Origin: Phyllobates terribilis
Taxonomy: Eukaryota
Length of the DNA stretch: 64,000 nucleotides
Direction: 5' to 3'
Assembly: GCF_046119375.1 (NCBI RefSeq)
Contig: NW_027362764.1
Span: forward strand, 47,678,001-47,742,000
Within the stretch, counting starts at the first letter, position 1. The number at the start of each line of letters is the position of its first letter. Of this stretch, positions 1 through 12,754 are shown in pieces. Under the pieces are notes generated by a model. That model did no database searches. It was not told the origin of the DNA and worked only from the letters and a program-made list of their open reading frames with translations. The translations under genes and the position numbers were made by a program.

Positions 1-68
1 TTTAAGCGTTTCTGCAGCAGAATTGAAGCTGCAGAGACGCTTAAAAAACGCATCGTGGGCACACAGCC
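1..68 (+). mobile_element. 3' end of Harbinger/PIF-like MITE (same family as 16551 and 60956)
   Basis: Ends ...aaaacgcatcgtgggcacacagcc|tta, matching the end at 63480-63504. Confidence 0.7.
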
Positions 69-360
69 TTAAAGGTTTTTTTTTTTTTCCCCCCCATCTT
101 TATAGATGGTTATTTTTGGGAAAGAATGCCGCAAGCTCCTAAATTCCCCCTAGTGGTCTCTCTACGTAGCCAGACATTTACTTCTCAAAAAGTGGCCTTC
201 CCATTTGGACAACCCTTTCTCTAAATATGACCCAGCTGATCTTCAAAGGACTGGCAGCATCCACTGCAGGAGAGATGTGGCATTACATGGTGTTCTTTCA
301 AAAGTATTGCCTTTATGGCATCCATGTCAAATCTGGCCCACAATACCAGAACCGCCACCC

Positions 361-597
361 CTCTGTGGGGCCCACTACTCTGTACGGAGGACTCTGTGGG
401 GCCCACTACTCTGTACGGAGGACTCTGTGGGGCCCACTACTCTGTACGGAGGACTCTGTGGGGCCCACTACTCTGTACGGAGGACTCTGTGGGGCCCACT
501 ACTCTGTACGGAGGACTCTGTGGGGCCCACTACTCTGTACGGAGGACTCTGTGGGGCCCACTACTCTGTACGGAGGACTCTGTGGGGCCCACTATAC
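361..597. repeat. 31-bp minisatellite, ~7.6 copies
   Basis: Unit ctctgtggggcccactactctgtacggagga. It explains the repetitive ORFs at 205-753. Confidence 0.95.
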
Positions 598-1830
598 TCC
601 ATATTTCCTAACGGGGAAGGGGAGTCTTTTTTGGGAAGTTCGCCTTTCAAACGCCTTGAGGTCGATTCCTCAGTTTTTGCCAGAATTCAAGCCATAAAAC
701 TTGAAAAAGTTTTACAATTTTTGGGCAGCAGCAACAACTTTTTTTTCTTTTGAGAAGTGAGTGGAAACTTCACAGGGAACGACATCAGCAAATTCATCAT
801 AATTCAACAAAGTTAGTGTAAATTGGAATATAATTTGCATTAGTTTCTCGCGGTGGGGACCAGCAGCTGAAATTCATTCAAGAGGTGCACGCTGCCTAGT
901 AATTTTGGCGCTTCTTAATCCAGTGCACTCTCCATCCGCACTGGGGGCGCAAAATGTCAGAATTTTGCTGAGATCTATGCAGAAGTTTTGGTGCCAAAAG
1001 TAAAGTGTGATTTCTGTTCTCGTAGTGTGGAAGGATTTTATCATATGTCGAAAGTTCACAACTCCCAGCCCGATCGCAAGACTACAAGAAAACCCGGCAC
1101 GGAGATCGGCCGATGGCTTATAACAGATCAATATAATATATTTCACTGCACAGAAAACTTAGGTGATGATAAATGCATTGGGTCTGGATGCGGAAGACAA
1201 AGTGTCTCCACTGTATGTAAATCTTTACATAAAACGTTCGGAGAGTGGAGCAATAATCTGCAGATCGTCAGGACGGTAATCTCTGGATCAGACGTCTCCT
1301 TAGAATTTGCTTCGGATTAAGTACATTTGTTTGCAATAAATGCTGATTATCTGGGATTAGACTGTACAGGGGGCACGTGTGCCCTGAGAGGGGGGCGGTC
1401 ATACTTATTATCATGGTTTAGGATTATATTCACTCTCTGGAAGCTCAGCCCGCTTCATCACACAGATGGGGTTAATTGATCAAGCGGCCAAATGATCAAC
1501 TGCCCTTCGATTTCCAGTTTGGATGCTGGAAGCTGCTGTCACCCGCCATCATGGGCAGCCGGAGAAGAGGATCCTCTGAGCTGCCATTGGTTGGGAGCTG
1601 CCTATAGTGGGTGCGGAGTCTGAGTTCACTCCTTTATTTCATCCCTATATTGTAACTAAACCGTTATAGATATCATGCAGCCCTGTATATGGTGGGGAGA
1701 CGTATATGGAAACCATAAAGCAGGAACAACAGTACACGGACCCAAATATTTTCTACTGAGCCCATATGGCGCTGTGCGCACGCTTATGGATGCACTGTGA
1801 TTGGAGTAGAGGTCTCAGGATCCGGCTCCT

Positions 1831-1905
1831 CTGCAAGGATGCAACGGACACTAGGACGCCCCTGCAAGGATGCAACGGACACTAGGACGCCCCTGCAAGG
1901 ATGCA
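1831..1905. repeat. 31-bp tandem repeat, ~2.4 copies
   Basis: Unit ctgcaaggatgcaacggacactaggacgccc. Confidence 0.85.
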
Positions 1906-2513
1906 TGGTCTTTCCCAGCTGGATTTTGCGATCCGAGGTCCCCAGAAGGGTCACCAATTGCCTGTGAGCGTGCCGTAGCAAAGTCAGGAATAAATCCAGG
2001 GGTCGTTAACTGAATAACAGTCATGATGCAAGAGGCCGGAGGACTTCCACCGATCTGATACGTATCGTCTATCTAAGGATAGGACATCAATATCTAAGTC
2101 TTGGAAAAGCACTTTAAACCTTTATGCCCCTTGATGAAAACTTATGTCACGGTCAGGTGTCAATTCTTGCTCAACACCGGAAATTTTAATAATGGCGGTC
2201 AGGCGAGAATGGTCACCGTTATAGCAGGAAGGACGAGGTAAGGACTTGGGCCAAGTTCAGGACTAGGAGACAAAAATCACATTATGATTAGCCAGGCAAG
2301 GATTTGCTGCTCCCTTGGAGACAAGACTGGGGTCCGTATATAGAGGCTGGAGTCCAAATGAAGAGTGACCGGATGTTTCCTCAGTGGGGCGCAGAAGCTG
2401 CAGGGTCTGTGGCCCGTGGCAGGATATTTGTCTGAGACCAGAGCTGTGACCGGCAGCAGGGCTTCATTCAGGAACATTGCAAAGTCAGTCACACAGTAGT
2501 ACAAGTGAATATA

Positions 2514-4133
2514 CAGTACAGACCAAAAGTTTGGACACACCTTCTCATTTAAAGATTTTTCTGTATTTTCATGACTATGAAAATTGTACATTCACACTGA
2601 AGGCATCAAAACTATGAATTACCACATGTGAAATTCTATACTTAACAAAAAAGTGTGAAACTACTGAAAATATGTCTTATATTCTAGGTTCTTCAAAGAA
2701 GCCACCTTTTGCTTTGATGACGGCTTTGCACACTCTTGGCATTCTCTTGAGCTTCAAGACGTAGTCACCGGAAATGGTCTTCCAACAATCTTGAAGGAGT
2801 TCCCAGAGATGCTTAGCACTTGTTGGCCCTTTTGCCTTCACTCTGCGGTCCAGCTCACCCCAAACCATCTCGATTGGGTTCAGGTCTGGTGACTGTGGAG
2901 GCCAGGTCATCTGGCGTAGCACCCCATCACTCTCCTTCTTGGTCAAATAGCCCTTACACAGCCTGGAGGTGTGTTTGGGGTCATTGTCTTGTTGAAAAAT
3001 AAATGATGGTCCAACTAAACACAAACGGGATGGAATAGCATGCCGCTGCAAGATGCTGTGATAGCCATGCAGGTTCAGTATCAATTTTGAATAAATCCCC
3101 AACAGTGTCATCAGCAAAGCACCCCCACACCATCACACCTCCTCCTCCATGCTTCACGGTGGGAACCAGGCATGTAGAGTCCATCCGTTCACCTTTTCTG
3201 CGTCGCACAAAGACACGGTGGTTGGAACCAAAGATCTCAAACTTGGACTCATCAGACCAAAGCACAGATTTCCACTGGTCTAATGTCCATTCCTTGTGTT
3301 CTTTAGCCCAAACAAGTCTCTTCTTCTTGTTGCCTGTCCTTAGCAGTGGTTTCCTAGCAGCTATTTTACCATGAAGGCCTGCTGCACAAAGTCTCCTCTT
3401 AACAGTTGTTGTAGAGATGTCTGCTGCTAGAACTCTGTGTGGCATTGACCTGGTCTCTATTCTAAGCTGCTGTTAACCTGTGATTTCTGAGGCTGGTGAC
3501 TTGGATAAACTTATCCTCAGAAGCAGAGGTGACTCTTGGTCTTCCTTTCCTGGGGCGGTCCTCATGTGAGCCAGTTTCTTTGTAGCGCTTGATGGTTTTT
3601 GCAACTGCACTTGGGGACACTTTCAAAGTTTGCCCAATATTTCACACTGACTGACCTTCATTTCTTAAAGTAATGATGGCCACTCGTTTTTCTTTACTTA
3701 GAATTTGTATTATGGCAAGAAAAAAGCAGCTAACAGTCTATTCAGTAGGACTATCAGCTGTGTTTCCACTAGACTTCTGCACAACACAACTGATGGTCCC
3801 AACCCCATTTATAAGGCAAGAAATCCCCCTTATTAAACCTGACAGGGCACACCTGTGAAGTGAAGACCATTTCCGGTGACTACCTCTTGAAGCTCATCAA
3901 GAGAATGCCAAGAGTGTGCAAAGCAGTCATCAAAGCAAAAGGTGGCTACTTTGAAGAACCTAGAATATAAGACATATTTTCAGTTGTTTCACACTTTTTT
4001 GTTAAATATATAATTCCACATGTGTTAATTCATAGTTTTGATGCCTTCAGTGTGAATGTACAATTTTCAAAGTCATGAAAATACAGAAAAATCTTTAAAT
4101 GAGAAGGTGCGTCCAAACTTTTGGTCTGTACTG
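2514..4133 (-). mobile_element. Tc1-superfamily transposon with DD38E spacing (Intruder/IT-like), full length, frameshifted
   Basis: TA|cagtacagaccaaaagtttggac...gtccaaacttttggtctgtactg|TA, 1620 bp, ~270 bp TIRs. Transposase pieces WSDESKF and QQDNDPKH...SPDLNPIE with 38 residues between the second D and E. Confidence 0.93.
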
Positions 4134-4376
4134 TATATGTAAAGCTTCATCTTGCAGCGGCCTGTGGTGCCTCCCTCCTTGAGCAAAAATTTTCTATAAA
4201 TGTTCAGGAGCCCTTTAAAAAACAAACAAAAAAACAAACAAACAAAAAAAAAAAAACCACACAGACAGGGAAGAGGGGGATGCAGCAGCAATGACTCTCC
4301 TTACTACCTCATTCTGTGAGAGGGAGGGCATGATACAATATTTCTGAATCAGTCTCTGTGGGAGGGACAGTAAATA

Positions 4377-4551
4377 CGAGACAGGGAGGAGGGGGATGCA
4401 GCTGCAGCAATTCTCCGATATGAGACGGGGAGGAGGGGGATGCAGCTGCAGCAATTCTCCGATATGAGACGGGGAGGAGGGGGGATGCTGCTGCAGCAAT
4501 TCTCTGATATGAGACGGGGAGGAGGGGGATGCAGCTGCAGCAATTCTCCGA
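4377..4551. repeat. ~44-bp tandem repeat, ~4 copies
   Basis: Unit atatgagacggggaggagggggatgcagctgcagcaattctccg. Confidence 0.85.
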
Positions 4552-4780
4552 TACTGTCTGTGTAAGACTCCGTGTGAAAGGACGATGAACAATGTCTTCG
4601 GCTCAGTGTGAGTTAGACTACAAGGTGTGAAGAGAGGGAGAACGGCATCTGGCGTCACTGATAACTTGGGTTCTCCATAACAGGGACCGCTCCGTGCTTT
4701 TCAGTATACAGCAATAAAGTGAGAAGGAAAACCTTCTACAAAGGCACTGAGCCCCATGAGTTGCGGCAGTATAGGGTTTA

Positions 4781-7641
4781 CAGTAGTGTTCAAAATAATA
4801 GCAGTGTATTCAAACACATGAGTTAACTAGTATAAAGATTTTGTGCTTATTTCCATGCACTGGGAACATTGCGCACTGTTTTCTAATTCACAACATGAAG
4901 AGAAATGTATATAATTTTTATCTATTTTACAGAAAATAACAAACTGAACATTGGGCTGTTCTAAAAAAAAAATATCAGTGTCTCCATTTGTCTTTACAAA
5001 CTCACAATATGTACTCTCTCTCTCTCTTTTTTTTTTGAGGATTTAGCATTCCTGTAAATCACTAACCTAATATTTAGTTGTATACCCACAGTTTTTTAGA
5101 ACTGCTTCACATCTATGTTGTATAGAGTCAACCAACTTCTGTCACCTGTTATTCCAGCCCAGGATGCTTTGACTACATCCCACAGTTTTTTTGGCTTTGC
5201 CTCAGAAACTGCATTTTTGATGTCACCCCAGAAGTGTTTTATGGGATTAAGGTCCGGGGATTGGGCTGGCCTCTCCATAACCTCAATTTTGTTGGACTGG
5301 AACCAAGATTTTGCTCACTTACTGATGTGTTTAGGGTCGTTGTCTTGTTGAAATGCCCATTTCAAGGGCATAACCTCTTCAGCGTAAGGCAACATGACCT
5401 CTTCAAGTATTTTAATACATGCAAACAGGTCCATGATCTGTGGTATGTGGTAAATAGGTCCGGCACCATAGTAAGAGAAACATGCCCATATCATGTTGCT
5501 TGCACCACCATGCTTCACTGTCTGCAGGGTGTACTGTGGCTGAATGCAGAGTTTGGGGGTCGTCTGACGAACTGTCTGTGGCCCTTGGACCCAAAAAGAA
5601 CAATTTTACTTTCATCAGTCCACAAAATGCTTCTCCCTTTTTCTTTAGGTCAGTTGATTTGACCTAAAGGAGCGGCATGTCCCCCTGCAGGAAGTGTTGG
5701 GTAATGGCTTTCCCTCTAAGCAAGAAGTGGGTAGGTTTTGTTTCCCTGCTCTCCTTTCTGTCAAACTACATAGAGACATAACAGAGTTAGGCCTTCAGTT
5801 CAGGGAAGCCAAGCCATTGGGCAATGACAGGAGCAAAGTATACTGGTAAGGTAAATGAAATATAGTTCCAGCACCTACCGTGCTGGCAGAACACTGATAA
5901 AGAGGAACGGCACACAAACAAAACAGATGGCAAGTTATGGAGCAAAAGAATTGGGAGGGTTACTAGACAAATTCCCAGATTATATTTGAACAGTCGCCAA
6001 ACAACAGGCCCAACTATTGGCGATTACCCGGAATATCTGTGCTCACCAGCACTACGCTGAGCACACCAGCACTACGCTGAGCACACCAGCACTACCACCC
6101 CCAGCAATTTGCAATAGAAACTGCCCCAAAGGCAGCTGATGGCTACAGTCCTAGCCTATGTGCCTATGCACCTAATCCTCTATGTCCAACGCACAACATA
6201 TCTCGTATAGAGATCTCTGCTGCAATTTACTAAGCCGAGGACAAGTAATCAGTGAGAAGTCCCGGAGGATGGTCTAGACTAAATACAAGTGTAGCAAACC
6301 CTCAGCTGTGAGACGTAACAGATCTGTACCTAGATGTAAACAAGAGGGTTCCCGGTCACTGAGAGCAAGCAGGGATATGGAGGAAGAACTTTTTCCATGC
6401 TGCCATTGAACAGTAGAAAGCTTTTGCCAAGTCAAAGACCCCCTCTCTGACCCCCAAAATCTCTAAAATGAAGGGGGAGAAGTGTCCGGCTGAACGCTGC
6501 TCTCCTCATAGCCTGAGCCCATCATCAGTTTCATCTGGCTGAGGACTTCTGCACCCCCAATTTAGCAATCAGTGGGGCTCTCCGAGACCCTCAGAAATCA
6601 AATTTTCTGACGTGTCTAAAGTTTTCTAAAAGTGCCGTTACCCTTTAAAAGGTTATGTCCAACTTGGCAATTATTTTCTTAATGTATTTGAAATTGAAAA
6701 TAAAGCTAGGTACTAATGAAAAATGTCCTCTTACTTTGTGTCTACAGCTGCTATGCGGACAAATGCATCTCCACGGTAACAGACAACAAATAAACTGTGT
6801 AGTCTGATCCTGCAGTCCAATACCTTTCTGATTTCTACTTCTGGAGATCCTTCCAGATATACACAAAATATGAGACTGCCATTGGGTAATGACAGGAGCA
6901 GTGCATGCCGGTGAGTGAAAGGAAGTTTGGCAAATTGTATCCGCTTCAGTACATGTCTTTTTTTAACAGTGGGACTTTGCGGGGACTTCTTGCTAAGAGA
7001 TTAGCTTCACACAGGCGTCTAACTGTCACAGTCCTTAGGGTCACAGGTAACTTGAGACTGTCTGTGATCATCCTGGAGCTGATCATTGGCTGAGCCTTTG
7101 CCATTCTGGCTATTCTTCCCTCCATTTGAATGGTAGTCTTCTGTTTTCTTCTACATCTCTCTGGATTTTCTTTCCATTTTAAAGCATTGGAGATCATTTT
7201 AGATGAACAGCCGATCATTGTCTGCACTTCTTTATAAGTTTTACCCTCTCCAATCAACTTTTTAATCAAAGTACGCTGGTCTTCTGAACAATGTCTCGAA
7301 TAACCCATATTTCTCAGGCTTTCAAGGAGAAATGCATGTACAACAAGTGCTGGCTTCACCCTTAAATAAGGGCCACCTGATTCACACCCGTTTCTTCACA
7401 GAATGATTGACCTCACTGACTGAACTCCACACTGCTATTATATTGAACACATCCCCGTACAATTAATTATTCAGATACACAGACTTAAAACCTGCAGATC
7501 ATGAATGCAAAGTCTGGGGGTTTTCTTAGAATCTACTGCAACAACTGGTAAATTGTTTGATATGTGGTGATATAATTTATACCAAAAATAGTGATTAATC
7601 TGGTTAGTCATATTGGACTGCTAGTATTTGGAACACTACTG
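4781..7641 (-). mobile_element. Decayed DD34E Tc1-like transposon interrupted by a 1.26 kb insertion
   Basis: TA|cagtagtgttcaaaataatagcag...ctgctagtatttggaacactactg|TA. N-terminal part MGYSRHCSEDQRTLIKKLIGEGKTYKEV (7308-6946). C-terminal part QQDNDPKH...SPDLNPIK (5620-5096), catalytic E mutated to K. Confidence 0.9.
5670..6927 (+). repeat. Near-identical copy of 8466-9742 inserted in the Tc1
   Basis: Collinear match with few substitutions, one fewer 20-bp unit (accagcactacgctgagcac) and one extra G. Confidence 0.95.
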
Positions 7642-7909
7642 TACATCAGACCCGCAGCTGCTCCTGGTTATCTGTAAGACGTTGCCGGATTATAGGACTT
7701 CTACTGTAAATGCCAATAGAGTATTATAGAAACACATTCGGGGGTGAAGCAGATGATAAAAAGTTAATATGTCCAATTATTTCAGCTATTTCACATGTTT
7801 CAGCTTAGAGAATCACGCTGCAGTACGTTTCCAGTGACAGTATCATCAAATCTTAATCACAAGGAGGAATTTCAAGAATTTCATTCCAATTTTAAAAGGT
7901 AAAAAGGTT

Positions 7910-10877
7910 TGTGACCGGCGGAAAAATTTGCCTCGGTATGTTACACATTCTGGACAATATAATAAATGGCCCCTGCGCTTTCTGATAACTTGGTGTATCA
8001 GATAAATTGCAAATCACTTTAATTATAAATTAGGTTGTCCAAAAATTTCCAAACACTGTGCAACCTGCTGTGCGTCTCCCCCTCCCCACGCCTCCCCCCT
8101 GACGTGCGTTTCCACCCCCCCGACGTGCGTCTCCACTCCCCCCAACGCGAGCCCCCCCACCTGCCGCGCACTGCCTGTTGTTCAGTGTAATCCACCTCAG
8201 CAGCAGAGACACCAAGACATGAGGGGGTAAAAGTGGCGTCTTTGTCCCCCTGCAAGAAGGAAGGGGAGTGGGGGTCTTTGTCCAAGGAAAAGAAGGTATC
8301 TAGCCGTTTGGATATAAAACTTCACCAATTACAATAGAAGGAGGGGGTGTCCTTGCCCCACTACAAGAAGGAAGTGCCGAGAGGGTCTTTGTCCCCTCTA
8401 CAGGATAGGAGGGGGGTTGCCAACTTTGCAGAAAAGGGGGAGAGACTTTGTCCCCCTTAAGGAAAGAGCGGCATGTCCCCCTGCAGGAAGTGTTGGGTAA
8501 TGGCTTTCCCTCTACACAAGAAGTGGGTGGGTTTTGTTTCCCTGCTCTCCTTTCTGTCAAACTACATAGAGACATAACAGAGTTAGGCCTTCAGTTCAGG
8601 GAAGCCAAGCCATTGGGCAATGACAGGAGAAAAGTATACTGGTAAGGTAAATGAAATATAGTTCCAGCACCTACCGTGCTGGCAGAACACTGATAAAGAG
8701 GAACGGCACACAAACAAAACAGATGGCAAGTTATGGAGCAAAAGAATTGGGAGGGTTACTAGACAAATTTCCAGATTATATTTGAACAGTCGCCAAACAA
8801 CAGGCAAAACTATTGGCGATTACCCGGAATATCTGTGCTCACCAGCACTACGCTGAGCACACCAGCACTACGCTGAGCACACCAGCACTACACTGAGCAC
8901 ACCAGCACTACCACCCCCAGCAATTTGCAATAGAAACTGCCCCAAAGGCAGCTGATGGCTACAGTCCTAGCCTATGTGCCTATGTACCTAATCCTCTATG
9001 TCCAACGCACAACATATCTCGTATAGAGATCTCTGCTGCAATTTACTAAGCCGAGGACAAGTAATCAGTGAGAAGTCCCGGAGGATGGTCTAGACTAAAT
9101 ACAAGTGTAGCAAACCCTCAGCTGTGAGACGTAACAGATCTGTACCTAGGTGTAAACAAGAGGGTTCCCGGTCACTGAGAGCAAGCAGGGATATGGAGGA
9201 AGAACTTTTTCCATGCTGCCATTGAACAGTAGAAAGCTTTTGCCAAGTCAAAGACCCCCTCTCTGACCCCCGAAATCTCTAAAATGAATGGGGAGAAGTG
9301 TCCAGCTGAACGCTGCTCTCCTCATAGCCTGAGCCCATCATCAGTTTCATCTGGCTGAGGACTTCTGCACCCCCAATTTAGCAATCAGTGGGGCTCTCCG
9401 AGACCCTCAGAAATCAAATTTTCTGACGTGTCTAAAGTTTTCTAAAAGTGCCGTTACCCTTTAAAAGGTTATGTCCAACTTGGCAATTATTTTCTTAATG
9501 TATTTGAAATTGAAAATAAAGCTAGGTACTAATGAAAAATGTCCTCTTACTTTGTGTCTACAGCTGCTATGCGGACAAATGCATCTCCACGGTAACAGAC
9601 AACAAATAAACTGTGTAGTCTGATCCTGCAGTCCAATACCTTTCTGATTTCTACTTCTGGAGATCCTTCCAGATATACACAAAATATGAGACTGCCATTG
9701 GGTAATGACAGGAGCAGTGCATGCCGGTGAGTGAAAGAAGTTCCAGCACCTATTGTACTGGCAGAAAATAAGGGGTAATAGGAGCAGTACATACTATTAA
9801 GTGAAAGTAAATTCCAGCACCTATTGCGCTTAGGGAGAAATAAGAGATATGCATGCTGATGAATGAGAGGAAGTTCTAGCATCTATTGTGCTGGCAGAAA
9901 ATAGGGGTAATGATAGGAGCAGTGCATGCTGGTGAGTGAAAGGAGGTTCTAGCAACTATTGTACTCACAAAAAATAGGGGGGCAATAATAGAAGCAGTGC
10001 ATGCCGGTGAATGAAAGGAAGTTCCAGTATTTATTGTGCTGGTAGAAAATCGGGTGCAATAATAGGTGCAGTGCATGCCGGTGAGTGACGAAGTTCCACT
10101 ACCTATTATGCTAGCAGAAAATAAGAACAATATTAGGAGCAGTGCATGCCAGTAAATGAAAGTATTTATTGTTCTGGCAGAAAAAAAAGGGGCAATAATA
10201 GAAGCAGTGCACGCTGGTGAGTGAAACAAAGTTCTAGCACCTATTGTACTGGCAGAAAGTAGGTGGCAATAATAAAAGCAGTGCATACTGGTGAGGGAAT
10301 GGCAGTTCCAGCACCTATTGTGCTGGCAGAAAATAAGGGCCAATAATAGGAGCAGTGTATACTGGAGAATGAAAGGAAGTTCTGGCACCTACTGTGCTGG
10401 AAGAATACTGATATAGCGGAACGACCGACTGAAAAATAGTATATGGCAAGTTACAGAGTATGAGAATCAGGACAGTTCCTAGACATATGTCCCTGGAATA
10501 ACTTTGAACAATTGCTTAGCAACTACACTTGTAGAGTCTGTTCCCATGGAAATACATAGTCAGCAGCGGAGCTGTGGAAACAAAAAGAGGACAACAATTA
10601 TTAAGACCTAATGAAAAGTTGCTTCATTTCTTATTTCAGACGTACAGAGACAATAATAAGAAATGCAGAGGGGACAGTGAATATCGCCTTTAAGAAACTG
10701 CTGAGGGCATAGCAGAGTGATAAGCCCGTCCTGGACAAACAGGTTCCCCACAATGACACAGACTAGAACAGGAGGAAATCTCCGCACAGAGCCGGGTATT
10801 GTCTGTACAGTGTCCCCGACATTCACAATATGAATAGGAACGAGGGTGTCTGGCACTTATAGTGCGGGAGCGTTACA
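7910..10877 (-). mobile_element. Possible long solo LTR or unclassified repeat with internal subrepeats
   Basis: Minus strand reads TGTAAC...GTCACA with ATTAAA near the 3' end and tandem blocks inside. No clear TSD (aaggtt vs acagtt) and no coding remnant. Confidence 0.35.
9690..10400. repeat. Degenerate ~72-bp tandem array, ~10 copies
   Basis: Unit like ggcagaaaatagggg-caataataggagcagtgcatgccggtgagtgaaaggaagttccagcacctattgtgct. Confidence 0.85.
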
Positions 10878-12672
10878 ACAGTTTTGTTACATAAAGGGAT
10901 ATAAATGTGTATTCCGCACGTGAGATACAGGGTGTAAAGCAGTTAGCAAAGGAGTGAAGGGAGTTCTGCAGACTTTCTATTAATCATTCCACTGAAGAAA
11001 AGGACATCCTCTCGCTGACCAGAGACTGCTGATAACAGGGAACAATAGCGTACACATGACCGCATAGCTCATTTGTTGCATGCAGGGATTGGGGATCTTC
11101 AGGGAAACCATTAAATAATGAACCAAACACACCGTATTCAATAAAGGGAGAGCATGCTTCCACCTAGTGGAATAGAGGAGAACTGCAGCTTGCCATAAAG
11201 CAAAGTGGATGTCAGACTTGCTGCAAATTTGACCCTTCGTAATGGCAACCTGACATGAGAACCGTGCTGAGCGTGTGAAAATCCACAGCAAACGTTAAAT
11301 TCCTATTGTCATGTGGATGCCTAATACGTGCGAGATTCAAAGCTGGGATCAGTAGTTCTTCCCACTTTAGCTGTAAAGCAGAATGCTGCTGTAAGTACAG
11401 GATCTCGTTCTTAGGTCTTATTCACACTTGCGAGATTTTTTTTTTCATTCCTTTTTGTACTGGATTATTTAACAAGTGTGTGTCAGCTGATTTAGGACCG
11501 CAGACCACATCAAAGTTGAATGTGCAATGAAACAAAGTCTGTAAAAGTCAAAAGGTGCAACATATTTAATTAATTTTAATGAAACCGAACTGCAAAAATC
11601 TGATCCCCAGCTACAGAGAGATGTACAGAATGGAAAGAAGTGACCCTCTCACCCCGTGGTGTTCACCATGTTATATTTAGTGCCTGTGGGGTGAATATCT
11701 TAAGCTACTTGTTTGTCTGGATTCCACTGCTTAAAGGTAATTTGTTTTTTAAAGGTCTAGTATACCAAACCCCAACATCTTCAAATGGCAATATACATAG
11801 CAGGACCCGCACTGGATCGCCAGGAAGGTCTGCAATTTAGGAGTCTAAGGAAGGCTGCAGGGTGAGGACGGCCCATTTGTGTGCACTACGTGGAAAGGAG
11901 GCATTGCTCACCTGTTAAAGGGTTTTTCCCAGTATTACAGGTTATTCTCTATACATGGGACAGCAGATAACTGTGGAGGTCAATGATTGAACGAAATTAC
12001 CCCTCGACCGGATAGGTGATCACTTGTATATCGGTGGGGTCCCAATGGACTGAGAACAGGGCTCGGAAATGCCCAACAGAATGGAGTGGTGGCCGCACAT
12101 GTTCCCCACGACAGAGTTCATTCTCTATGGGACGGCCAGACTACAGCTGTCAGCTCTCAATCTCTAGTTGTTCCACAAAGAATGAATGGGGGCTGAAGGA
12201 CTTCGGTAGATCTGAAGCCTCAATCACTTCAGCTCGATTGCCCATCCAGCGCCGCCTCCTACTGGTTGACTGATGGCTCCTTTGTCTGAAGTCACAAAGC
12301 ATAAAAGCGTCAGTCAAACAGGAGGAGGCAGCGCTGAGCGGGGAAAAGAGCTGGAGTGACAGAGGCTTCAGATCTACAGTAGCTCTTCAGCTCAGTTGCA
12401 TAAATTCAAATGCTGATTTCTCAGTAATGGAGGAATGGACCGACCATGTGAAGGTATTGCTGGACTTGTCTTTGAAAGAGCTACATGTGCATATAAATAG
12501 TTTGGGGGGGTGAAATCCTGCTGACAGATTCTCTATAAATTGAGTTTTGCCGTAAGTAAACCCTTTTCTTGAGACCAGTCACTAGAATCAATGATCGGTG
12601 GTTATCTATCAAGGACAAGGGTCACCTCTCTCTCTGACAGTTATCACCTCATTATGCATAAGAAGAACTTAC

Positions 12673-12754
12673 CCAGGAAAACAAAATCATCAGGATCCTT
12701 ATCCGCCACTGGATTTTTCTTTGTATCTTGGCTTTTACGGAAAAAGCTGAACAT
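12673..12754 (-). CDS. UMAD1: First coding exon of UBAP1-MVB12-associated domain protein 1 (rest of gene lies left of the window)
   Basis: Minus strand MFSFFRKSQDTKKNPVADKDPDDFVFL+G (82 nt, phase 1). Acceptor tttttcaag| at 12776 and donor |gtaagt at 12672. Resembles the mammalian N-terminus MFHFFRKPPESKKP...DGFVLLG as recalled, and lies head-to-head with RPA3 as in mammals. Confidence 0.85.

Noticed and set aside
2145-2493. Possible ~350-bp solo LTR (tgtcac...gtcaca)
   Set aside because: No target-site duplication and no second copy or internal domain to support it.
1-12672. Further UMAD1 coding exons
   Set aside because: I could not recognise any by eye. The downstream intron is probably longer than this window.
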